This document shows positions 21,715 through 33,583 of a stretch of 64,000 bases of DNA, piece by piece. The notes below the pieces were generated by a model that searched no databases, was not told where the DNA came from, and worked only from the letters and a program-made list of their open reading frames with translations. Position numbers and translations under genes: made by a program. The stretch comes from Takakia lepidozioides (Eukaryota; Plantae; Bryophyta): contig CM060731.1 of assembly GCA_030704615.1 (NCBI GenBank), positions 13,020,001 through 13,084,000 on the forward strand, in the 5' to 3' direction. The stretch's first letter is position 1. Each line of letters begins with the position of its first letter.

Positions 21715-24700
21715 TCAAAAGAGAGCGTCCAAATACCAAATAATGTTGATGTCATCTACAGCACCATTGTCACCAAGCTAAAACATTCAATAGAGTACAT
21801 AACTGGGTCATAATTAAAAGCTGTATTGGTGTGATAGCCCCAGTCAAGGTAAGAATACCAACCCATGCATAGAACTCTGTAATCTTCATGTGCTTGCTCT
21901 AAGGCGGCCTCCAGTTGCTGTATCCTTTTCATCATGTCCTCATTCATGAAGTTAGCCTTTGCAGCCTCAAGTGCACTCATTTGACACTTTTCAGCCTCAA
22001 GAATGCTCACTCGGTCCTTTAAGTTCATAATCCTTTCGTTGTTTACAGCGTCTTCAGCCAACCTACAAGGCTTCCAACATACGAGTTCAGACATGAAGAT
22101 TTTCATGTTCACAATATGGTGTTGGACATTGTAACCAGAAATTATATCTTGTTCCAGTGATTGCAGAGACCAACCAAAAGATGGGGGGATTTTGTGGGTC
22201 CAGTTGCAGGGTTCGAATCCCAGGGAGGTTTACCCTGGTACAACTTGTAATGACTGACTGTGTTGGTTTGACCCAACAACTTAACAGGGGAAATAGGGAT
22301 TCTCATTGGCACATGGGTTGACCACTTCATGCTCCATGACCCAACGATTCTACACAATTGCACATGCAATTGTACCACCTGCGAGGAGGTGATAAGTCCA
22401 CACCTGACCTGCTTCCCATAGAGCCCCTGCTTCCCAGGGAGCTCCTACTTTCCAGGGAGCTTCGTCCTGAGGCTCCAGCTGCAGCCCCAGCCCCTGCAGT
22501 GATGCCTGGTACAGTTTCTGAATATCTTGTAGCACCATCAGGCATCACTGCAGACATCCTCCTAGAAGATCCAGCCTCAGCTCCTACTTGTAAACTATTG
22601 GCTGAGTACTTTCTGATAGGAACCTCAACTGCTTCCAATATGTCATTCTCAGACCCCTGTACCTCCTTAAACTGAGTCATCACTGTGGAACTTCTTCTTG
22701 AGGACCCCAGAGGATTGCCTGCTACAATTGCAGAAAATCTTTTGGCTTCTACTTCTTCGTTCTCCAATTCCTCTAGCATCTCTTGGAGCTGATTAGGTGT
22801 CACTGAGGAGTTTCTTCTTGAGGCTATCACAGCTGAGCTCCTTCTTGAGGCCCCAGCTCCAGCCCCCGTCCCCCCAGTGATTCCTGGTTTGATTGAGGAA
22901 TTCCTTTTGGCAGGAACCTCACCTACATTCTCCAAACCATCTACCTCCTTGGTTTGATTAGGCAACACTGCAGAACTCTTTCTTGAGGCCATAGCTACAG
23001 AGCTTCTTCTTGAGGCCCCAGATCCAGTCCCCGCAGGGATGACTGGTTTGATGGAGGAAGTTCTGTTAGCGGCAACTTCACTTACCTCCTTTATTTCGTT
23101 CTCCAACCCTTCTTTGAGTTCAGCTGGAATCACTGTGGAGGTCCTTCTTGAGGGTGTGACTGAGGAGTTCCTTCTTGAGGAACCAGATCCAGTCCCCGCA
23201 GGGATGCCTGGGTTGATGGAGGAAGTTCTGTTAGCGGCGACTTCACTTACCTCCTTTATTTCGTTCTCCAACCCTTCTTTGAGTTTAGCTGGAATCACTG
23301 TGGAGGTCCTTCTTGAGGGTGTGACTGAAGAGTTCCTTCTTGAGGCCCCAGATCCAGTCCCCGCAATGCCTGGGTTGATGGAGGAAGTTCTGTTAGCGGC
23401 GACTTCACTTACCTCCTTTATTTCGTTCTCCAACCCTTCTTTGAGTTCAGCTGGAATCACTGTGGAGGTCCTTCTTGAGGGTGTGACTGAAGAGTTCCTT
23501 CTTGAGGCCCCAGATCCAGTCCCCGCAGGGATGCCTGGTTTGATGGAAGAAGTTCTGTTAGCGGCGACTTCACTTACCTCCTTTATTTCGTTCTCCAACC
23601 CTTCTTTAAGTTCAGCTGGAATCACTGTGGAGGTCTTTCTTGAGGGTGTGACTGAAGAGTTCCTTCTTGAGGCCCCAGATCCAGTCCCTGCAGGGATGCC
23701 TGGTTTGATGGAAGAAGTTCTGTTAGCGATGACTTCACTTACCTCTATTTCGTTCTCCAACCCTTCTTTGAGTTCAGCTGGAATCACTGTGGAGGTCCTT
23801 CTTGAGGGTGTGACTGAAGAGGTCCTTCTTGAGGCCCCAGTTCCAGCCCCAGTCTCCACAGTGGTTCCTGGTTTGATGGATGCATTCCTCTTGGCAGGAA
23901 TGTCATTAGCCTCTAGTGCATTATCATACACCTCTTTCTCCTCGACCTCAGGCACCACTGTGGAGCTTTGTTGCGAGGTGCCAGTTCCAGCCTCGGCCCC
24001 CACAGTGGTGCCTGGTATGGCAGATGAATACCTTTTGGAGGGAGCCTTATTGGCAGAGTACCTTCTGGCAGAAGCTTCGTGTGCCTCCTTCAGCTCGTTC
24101 TCCAGCATCTCTTTCTCTGCTGCCATCTGCTCTCCACCCAGCACCTCAGTACTTGGTATTCACTTTCTTATGTTTATTAGTAACTAAATGCCAACAGGTT
24201 ACCCACTCCATAGGCTCTTACTTGCCTGGGTGCAGGGGTTGTAGAGGATATCTGGAAAGCCTGAACTGATTGTCTAGACCAAGGTAAGTGAGCCCCTCCC
24301 ACCTTTGCAAACCGTTCTTTGAGTCGAGCAAGCTCAACAGCCTCCGCTGCATTTTTATCTTCTTCAGCGGCCAACAGGTCATCTCTTTCCTTCATCAACG
24401 CCTCCATAGCCACATCTCGTTGGGCGGCCTCCTGCAATTGGTGCATTGGTCAGACCTAAAAAATTGACTGTTTGCATTAAATTTTCCATCGAGGTGCATG
24501 CAGATATGGGGACTAGACGCATCGGAGTCACCTACATCATGGCTGAAATCATGTACACGGGTCACTTACCTAAACATTTGATGGTAGCTATCACATGCTT
24601 CAATTCATGGAGGCCTGTCGCCCCCCATGGCCCTCCATTCCTTCAGCGTGATGTCTGGCTAGTTTCAAGTCTACCCTGGATTGAATTACAGAGTGCAAGC

Positions 24701-27700
24701 ATCCAGACACTCAACTAGTCTAGCCACGTGTGCTTCTAGACCCCCACAAGCCTTTTTGTCAATAATATACGAGGACATGCTGCGAGCTAGGATTCAGGCT
24801 GGTTAATTATGCTATTGTGCAGGATGCAACCTCACCTCCGATGCTTCTTGTGCTATTCTCTCCTTCTCTGCAGATTCCTCCTGGAGTCTCTGCAGAAGGG
24901 CATCTCGTTCTGCGATCAAATTCTGTAAAGTGGCAGCATCCTCCTCAGCTTTCTCACTCATCTGTGCTAGTGCGTCTTCCAACTCTTCCAGTTGATTTTT
25001 CAGACCTGAGATCGTGCAAAAAGTAAGAAAACACCATGTAGGTGCCTAGAGGAATAGTAATTATCTCTAGATGAGGGTTTTTCCTGAGTGAGTTTGATGG
25101 GATCCTAAGACATGTCATCAAACAGATGGAGGTTGCAAATATCCTAAGAGATCCAAAGTTACGTATCAAAGAACTCACATCCACCTCATTCGACAACTAT
25201 CAGATCAGTCCAACTAACTCTTAAGATGAGCCTGGCAGAACTGTATGAAAAGTAGAATACCTGCAGCCTCATCTCTCCCGCTCGTGGCAGTGCTCTCTGC
25301 CAGTCTACTTGCAGTCTCAGCTTGGTTTCTAGCATCTTCCAATTGCTTCGCCAATTCCTCCAATTCCTTAGCCAACTCGGCATTTTTCCCGCTGAGTCCA
25401 TCTGCTAATTGACTGGCAGCCTCAGCAGAACCCCGGTAACCCTCAACGTCTGCCTTCACTCCTTCTTCTGCGTCGGATTTTGCTTTCTCTAGTTCCCTGA
25501 TCCTCTGGAGAAACCCATCTCGGATACCTCCCATCTCCCCATCTTTCTCCTCCGCCTCGCGCGCCGCATTGTCTAGGGCTGTCTGTAGCTGGTCCCTTGC
25601 GTCTGCCAAATCCTTCTCCAAGCCTACTCACACAGATATTGCAAGAGCACTAAGTCGCACAAAGGTCCACGAAAAGGCATCTCATCTTTTCCTCTCCCAG
25701 CCCTCAAACACGTTGGCAGCAAAACGACCCTTACTGATTTTCAAGCGCTAACGTCTTCATGGACGTCTACGACATGCATTGGCTAAACATGGCTATAGCA
25801 AACAACAATTAAAAAATAATAAGTAAATTATACCTAGTTAGTTAGTAATTAGTACAAGGATTTTAATTTATCTGTTTTTAAAGGAAGGAATTTGCTTACC
25901 ACTGAGTTTAGAAATACATGTAGCCAATTTACAAAAAATAATAAAATAATAAAACTAATAATAAAATCCTACACATAGCCAGTATTTGGGATGTAGAAAA
26001 ACAGTAGTGGCAAAACAATGTGAATAGTCACTCCAATCCATGAACCGTTCCATGACCCTGTCCTTTGAATATGGGTTAAGAACCCCTCGTCACATAGGGC
26101 AGTTACCTTTTCTACACACATCCTGGCTCATACAGAACCTGGACAGGGAACCCTGGAAATGGAGGTTCTTTGGCCCAAGCAAAATATGGGTCATTTCCGG
26201 AACATTGGATGTTTTCACAGTCTCCAATCGGAAAATTTAGTTGGCACTGCTGATTCTATGATTTTCGATGGCTGTGGGACAGTATGCCCTGGACTCCATT
26301 GGTTCCATCTCCTTATCTGCCCTCAAAACTGGGTAGCACACCTATGCCAAATAAAGTCTCCCTCATCTAACTAAATTTTTTAATTAAGGCCCAAGGTGGT
26401 GGCTGGTAAGTGGGCATGGTCTCTTTGAACCCTCCACGTTGCACAGTTCAAGAGTATTGATAAAGAGAGAAGCAGCTCAAACTGCTTGAGAAGATGCTCC
26501 TTGGCAAAAGAAGATTGGTAACAATGGCCTCTTACTGAAGGAAGAGCTAGAGAGCATGATCTTATTGTTGTAATGTTGCCATAGTATGCTTGTCATCTAG
26601 ACACTCTTCAATCTATCTCAGCTCTAAGGTATAAGTAGGCAATACCTTTGGCTTTGGCCGGATTGTAATATGACTGATAATCTTGTCCATCGAGAGCTTA
26701 ACTGTCAAGATGACTGATAAACGTCTCTGGAGATTCAAAAGTTGTAGTAATTAGTGAGTTTCTATTTCCTAGAGGACTGACCAGAAGCTAAGAAGATTAT
26801 GATGACAGCAGTAACCTCTCTCTCAGTGCAATTAGGCTTGGCTTGTGGGCTATGCCACACAATCCACCAACCTGCAGGTGCAGCTGCTGCCTTTCCCAAG
26901 TCTGTTCCAAGTCCATAATTGGTTGAAGGAAACTAGTATCAGACCATATTGGCACCCTAGAACAACCCACCTCCTAACAAGCCAGGGAGGCACCGTTAGT
27001 TATGCTGGTACTGGCGAAGCCAGTGTTCATCTAGACAGATCCATTTATGTGCGTCTGAAGTCAATTGGTTCACTCCATTGCCACTGGAAATATCAATCGT
27101 ACATCAAAAGAAATACACTACACAGAAAAGTGCCTGGAAGAATCAAATTTGCTTGGAAGCTTACCTGCATCAGGCATTCTGTCTCTGGGCAAAGCTTGGG
27201 GTATCTTGATGTGTTCTTTCCAGTTTCTCTTGTAGTTCTCATTTATTTTGTTGCCCTCTGGCCTTCCATTGAAATAATGAAATTCTCATTTATAGTCAAT
27301 CTTGCAATGCAATGAACTGCTGGTAGCTGCCGGCTTTTCTATTGCCACCACCAATTGGGTCGCTTCCATGCAATGAAGGTATGTTAGAAATGCACAATCT
27401 ACTCAAGAAGTGGCTTCAATTCTTAGTGTAATGTTATTACCTTCAAACTTTTCATTGTAGGAAGCTGCTGAGGCGGCTGACGCACTTTCGGCAGACTCCT
27501 TTGATTTTGCCATTCCGTCTCGTAGTCTCGTCTTATCCTCTTCAGCAGCTCTTAGCTGATTCTCAAAGCCTTTGCGCATTTCATCCGCTTCAGCAGCCTG
27601 GCTATCAAGGCTTGACGCCACATCGGCTTGTGCCTTTTTGAGTTGAGCCTGGGCCTCCTGTTACCATATACATACTCTCTAACACTAAGAAAAGTGTCCA

Positions 27701-30700
27701 GGCATATAGGTTATACCCATGATGTAGTGGACTTGCATACTTTCCTACTTAGCTTCTTTGTGCATTGTTTGGGCTTTGGCCATCTCCATATTTTGCTTCT
27801 CAGGGTAGTGAGACACAGAAGACTCCGACTGAAACCAGTGTGAATTAGACTGCTGAGCTGTATTGTGTCTAACAGTACTGACATGCTGAATCCCCACAGT
27901 TACACGAAATTGCATGGTTTGCATTCAGTTTTCGATTAGATGTAAGTGCAGATGGCCTCCCATTGTATGACAAATTAAATGATTCAGAAAATTTAATGCT
28001 AAACAAATTCGTCGCAAGCCCTAATCATGACAAGGCTCTGACTCTCAGGAAACTTTTGAATCCACAACCAATTTTGGTTGATGATTTAATCACTGTGCCA
28101 AGTGATCACACCAGTTTGGCTCACATATATCATACAAGCTTGTTTCCTCATGAAATGCAGAATATCAATAATTGCATTTTCCAATCCAGTATTGTGCTCC
28201 TGTCTTCTAGGCTAGATGGGATATTGTTTCCTTGAAGACACAGCCAAGTAATAGGTACAGTGGAAACTTACCTGCAGTCTCTTCTCCAATTTTTCAAGCT
28301 TCTCATTGTTTGAAGCTTGAGCAGCTTGAGCATCCTTTGATGCACCCTCAGTTGACTCCTTGTCTTTCTTCATTTGCTCTTTGAGCCTCGCAATTTCATC
28401 CTCAGCAGCTCTTTTGGCCGCCTGCAGATCTTTCTCCAACTTCTCTTTCATTCCTCTCAGTTCTCGTGCGGAATCTCCCTTATCCTTCTCTGCCCTTTTT
28501 GCAGCTGAGTCCTTCTCCTTGTTCATTTGCTCCCTCAACCTTGCAAGTTCCTCCTGTGCTGCTTTCTTTGTAGCATCCCTTTCCTTCTGCAGTTGCTCTT
28601 TCGTCTTTGCAAGTTCCTCCTCTGCTGCTTTCTTTGCAGCATCCCTTTCCTTCTGCATTTGCTCTTTCGTCTTTGCAAGTTCCTGTGCAGCGGCTCCCCT
28701 GTCATCCTCTAAGTCTTTTGCTGCTGTGTTCTTTCCTTGGTCCATCTGCTCTTTTAGCCTTGCCATTTCGTCCTCTGCTGCTTTTTCCGCCGCTGCTTGT
28801 TCTCTTTGCATCTGCTCTTTCATTTGTGCAAGTTCTTTGGCTGTAGAACTCTTATCATCTGCAGCACTTTTCACTGCTGCATCCCTCTCTGTATCCATCT
28901 GCTCTTTCAATCGGGCCATTTCCTGGGCCAGGGCTGCCATCTTGTCCTCAGCAGCTTTCTTTGCTTTTTCTAGGTCAGATAGTGTGGATGCACCATCTTC
29001 TTGCGCCTTCTGCAGCTTGCTTTGTGCTTCTTCCAAAGTCTTCTCCAAGTCAGAAAGTTTTTTATCCTGCCACCAATCAGATTGGCTTGTCTGAAGTTAA
29101 GAAAGATTTAAGTTTTAGACAGGCTGAAATGGAGTCAAAAGCACGAGGCTAGAAACATGGACCTTACGCTCCAGAGGCTCTTTCTGTCGACCAGAAGTGC
29201 GTTGCCCCTTCCTGAGCACTCCATCTTCCAGTCTTCATTTGGCACTTAAAACCCTTCTGGCGGTAGGGACAGTTAAGTTTTCTTCTTGTTTGTCAGCCAC
29301 AAACAGAAAAAGATCTTACCAATTCTGCCTACATGGACACTCAAAGATGCACATATTCATTCTTCCGTGCCCATAAGAAATGGGCACCTTACCATTGTTG
29401 CTTGCGAACCCTGGTTCGCAGTATCCGACAACTCCTTTTCCTTATTCAATTTACTGAGAGAGTCTTTGAGCTCCGCTGCCTCTTTGGCAAGGCGAGACTT
29501 TTCATCCTCAACAGCTGTCTTCATTTTTTCAAGATCTGCAAGTTTCTTTGACAATTCATCCTTCATTTTTTCCATCTCATCAGCTTTTCCATCAAGCTTT
29601 GAAGCCCCATCTTTCATGGCCTTATCCAGCTGGTCTTTTAGGTCCTGCTCCTTCTTATCAGATTTAGCCTGGCCAATGTAGCTCCTCAAGATTAGTATCA
29701 CCCTCCATTCTACATGATGAGGAATACTCTTAGTTTGCTTTCACTCCAAATTGTTGTGATAACAAGAAGGTTAGGGCATGGTACAAGTCCACATCAGCAT
29801 GTGTTACCTTTCCATGAGTGGTCATCTACTTCATGAAATGGTCGGTACTAGAATCACCTAACTCTTTATCGGACTACTGAAGTAATAAGGTTCTCCCTTT
29901 GCCACAAAATACATATAAAACAACACTCAACACTGCTCTACTCTCTGTGGCTTGTGCCTTTATTTGTAGGAGAGGAACTAAAACCTTTGACTTTTTGTTT
30001 GCATTGTCAGCTGCTTCATTGTCCTTCTTAAATTTATCCATTGCATCTTTGAGCTTGTCTTTCTCCTCTCTTGCAACGTCCCAAAGGCTTGCAGCAGCCC
30101 AGACTTTCACTTTCTTCCCAGATGCGAAGACCCACAACTGCCAATCTACCTTCACCATTGCCTTTACGTACCTATTATGAAATGCAATACACTTCATTAT
30201 TGGTTTGGCAGTTTTCGGAATCTTAGGATCGAAATTCCAAAGGCTAATACCCAATTTGGCTCCACCTTGTGCCTAGCTACACCTTGGCACCCCACAATTG
30301 GAGATCCTAACCTTTTGAATGACAAGACTTACAGCTGTGCATCCACACTCCTATGCACGAGATAGATTAAGCCCCAGGGGCCCCTGGATCTCAAAATGAC
30401 CATATTTTATGACAGAATCCTACTTGTTGGTGAAGAGCATACCCTCCTTGGTCACCCAATGAGAAGAGAAGCTGGTAAGTAGAGGCATCCCAAACAAGTA
30501 TGGTTGCGTCGGCAGACCCACTCCAGACATGGATGCCCATGTCCACCATGCTGCATACAGGACCCTTGTGCCCAGACAAGGTTTTTTTGCAAGACATGTC
30601 CATACAGCTCCACACCCTCATTGTGTGGTCTTCACTCCCACTCCACACAGTGTTCTTCCCCACCAAACAAAGCACCAAAATTGCCAGTGTATGCCCTATA

Positions 30701-33583
30701 TGGACAGAAAGTTATCCCTCAGCCTGGTAATCCATTTGTCATTGAAATCATTGATTCTCTGGTACACAGTTGAGAAACCCCTGAACTGACCCTTTCAGCC
30801 CTTATCACAGTCTATAACTATATATCTTCAATGTGGACATGATCCATCGGCAGTGTCAAACTAGTGATTAAGACCCTAGTAATCAGAAACTTGGTACATG
30901 GAAAGTCTGAACTTGTTCTATTAAGAAATCACCTTGCGTACAATTCACAAAGTCCAAGAGTATGGGGTACTAACCACTACCATATTTGAGTTCCCCAGAC
31001 AAATCGTGATTCACAGTATCATCGAGGAGAGGGGCTTCAGCAATAGATGTATCATTAGAGCAGCTCCAAAGTTGTACATCAGGTTGATCTGAAATCATAT
31101 GCACCATCAAAAGCCACCGAATGGAGCTATGGTGATGTGCATATGCAAACAATATCTGCCCTTCCAGACCCCATTTTCTGATCTGGAAGTCGACCCCTCC
31201 TGGCACAGTAGATAGGAAAACTACAGTCAGTTTTTTTTTCTTTGCAATTCACCTTATTCTGTTTTGAGGAAGGACAGGGACATCAAACTAACAGCCCCAC
31301 TTTATAGCTCTAGCAAGCAAAGTAATGCAAAAATACATGGAGACTCAGATAGGGTCAGCCATGAGTATTTACATAAATGAGAGATGACTTGGGAAGCGAA
31401 CCACATTCCATGAAAAAGCAAGCCAACACAAAGCAACTGATGAAGCAAAAACAAACTTTCTCCTCTAGTTATTCTTTCTTGTCACATGCTATTGTTGCAT
31501 AAGTTCTTTGGGCTTCCTATGTGTGTAAAATTTCTAGGTTTATTCTTAGTTTCTCTCGTAGCCAACATTCACAGGCAATGGTCGATGGCCATGCAACTAT
31601 ATCCTAAAACACAGGTGCAAACACAGGTCTTGTATGGCTTCCTCAGCCTCAATAACCCTTGTCTAACTATCTTCATCTTCATCTCCATGTATGACACTGC
31701 CTGTTGCTACTAGCTGCTTCTTTTCTTTATCTAAACCAAGTTCAAGAACTAGTCGTGAAGGAAGTAGTCCAGTACATAGTGATCACCAGACCAGACGGAG
31801 TTGGTGCCAGAAACAATGCATGACACTCCCCCAGGATGTGCACGCCACCGGGTCCCAATCGTCTTCTTCTCAATGTCCATGATTGCAAGGTCGCCACTTG
31901 AAAAACCCAACCAGATGTCCTGCCCATCTCTGGCACCTTTAAGCACATTAATGGGCACGTTGAACCCCTCATGAAATATGACATACGTGGCCGCCTGATT
32001 TCATGTGAGGATCTCTTGAAGCTCAAACTACAATTGTACTGGTAGGCTTCCTATTTAAGAGAACCAGTAATTATCTTAAGAAAACGCAGACAGATAGAAT
32101 CTGAAAGGGTAGTGTCAGATGATCTCATGGATGATTTTGATGACTTCAAAGAAGCCAAGAAGGAGCAGAGGCATATGCGGAGGGGAGTAAACAGAACACA
32201 AATGAAATGGAAGAGCGTGCAGAATGAAGCCTAAATAGCTCATGAAGAGGGTGAGATGGAGGTCCTAATGACAAATCCCCAATTCGTCTTTCTACTCTAG
32301 ACCATAGCCCACTTTGCAGAGAAGTGAACATGGTAGGAAGTTGAGGGTTGGGAGAAGAAGATGAGGAAATTACTATTTCCAGAGGAAGCCTGAAGGGCCT
32401 ATGGCACCAATCAGATTGTACTCATAAGACGTTGTTTGCCGTAGCCTTGTGGCCATATGGCACCAATCAGAAAGAGACAGAAAGAAAGGAGACAGGCATG
32501 GCCCCCGGGGATGATGGGCCAAAGTCAAACTACAACAGGGCCAGAAAGAAAACTAGAAAGAAAACTTGAATTGCTGGCCCAAAGGTGAAGACTGACTGCT
32601 TTACAAGGATAAGTGGCTATTGACTTCAGATATTAATAACCAAAAGGCCTCTTAACAAGGATAGGAAGTATCTGAAAAGACAGAAGTGTTTCCCTCTGAT
32701 CGCATAGTATACTGGGCATGAGAAAGAGAGAACAATGCATCCTTGAGATATGACAGCATTTTGAGATTGCTGATGCTCTGGAAGAGTGCCTCATACTGCA
32801 AAGGAAAAATCTCAAATTCTGGCCAATGATTTCAATGGTTGGACTCCAGGGCCCATTCAAGATCAGCAAAAGAAACTAGCGGCTCCATTATTTGCCTCCA
32901 CTCTGATTGTCCAAGCCCTAATCCCCAATCTCACAGGCAGATAATATTGTGGGGAGCCACATCAACCTTAGGGAGCTATCCCATGTATGGCTGGGTGCAT
33001 TCATTCACAATGCTGAGCCTTTCTTAATCCTGTCTCTTGCGCAATGTCCCATGGAGGTTGCAAAGAAGTGTTGTGGAAAAAACAGAGACAGGTGTGGTTG
33101 ACAGAGGATAAGGAAAGAAGGTGATGACAACATATATGCAACAATGGAGTTGTAGTTTGGTTGGTTTCACAAACCTCAGTGTTCCATCGATGAAGAGCGC
33201 CCTTATGATCACTGGTGTAGAGATTATGACCATTGTAAGTAGCACACCTCACACGTTCCTGCAAAGTGGCTATGCATGCCACTGCATTCAAAGTAAATAG
33301 AAACAGTGCAGGTCTTTCATCAGATCTTGGTCTAGCATTTTGCTTACTTCACTATCCAGAACTTCAAGGTGTGTACAGAATGTAAAGCAAGTACGCGGGA
33401 CATGCTGGTTTGCAATTGCAGTGAGAATGTTGGAATTCAAAGACCGTACATCGTTTCAGGCCGTCAGCCACAAAACTTGCAGTGGTCCACTGATAAAGGG
33501 AGTTATCTCTCTTAATTATACATATCGACATATGTACGTTGTGTATATGTATATGTCTCTTCTATACTAAGATAACCTTCCAT
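21715..33583 (-). CDS. Large multi-exon protein: N-terminal WD40 propeller, long coiled coil, Ser/Arg-rich 55-aa repeat domain, C-terminal coiled coil
   Basis: WD40 exons (VWSGSEDHTMRVW, GHKGPVCSM, VWSGSADATILVWD, RAHPGGVSCIVSGTNSVWSG) at 30.0-33.3 kb; E/K/A-rich coiled-coil exons at 24.3-30.0 kb; large exon 24127-22379; phase-compatible join to an exon starting at 22062. The junctions I traced were frame-compatible GT-AG. The start (GCCATGG at 33583) and the stop (21715, 21756 or 22327) are uncertain. Confidence 0.75.
23012..23840 (-). repeat. Coding tandem repeat, ~5 near-identical 162-165 nt (54-55 aa) units plus degenerate flanking units
   Basis: GAGG(CC/AA)CCAG(A/T)TCCAG recurs at 23012, 23177, 23342, 23504, 23669 and 23831. 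Unit: AGTGSGASRRNSSVTPSRRTSTVIPAELKEGLENEIKEVSEVAANRTSSIKPGIP. Confidence 0.95.

Noticed and set aside
22165-22230. GGTTCGAATCCC B-box suggesting a tRNA
   Set aside because: No A-box or cloverleaf can be built around it.
23039-24187. 382-aa plus-strand ORF antisense to the repeat exon
   Set aside because: Shadow of a tandem repeat whose unit lacks stops in that frame; the minus strand joins the neighbouring exons in frame.
28360-29094. 244-aa Ser/Phe/Ala-rich plus-strand ORF
   Set aside because: Antisense shadow of the E/K/A-rich coiled-coil exon.
30695-30726. Apparent in-frame TAA in the WD40 gene, suggesting a pseudogene
   Set aside because: A better pyrimidine-rich acceptor (CTTTCTGTCCATATAG) lies downstream of the stop and is phase-compatible with the upstream donor.
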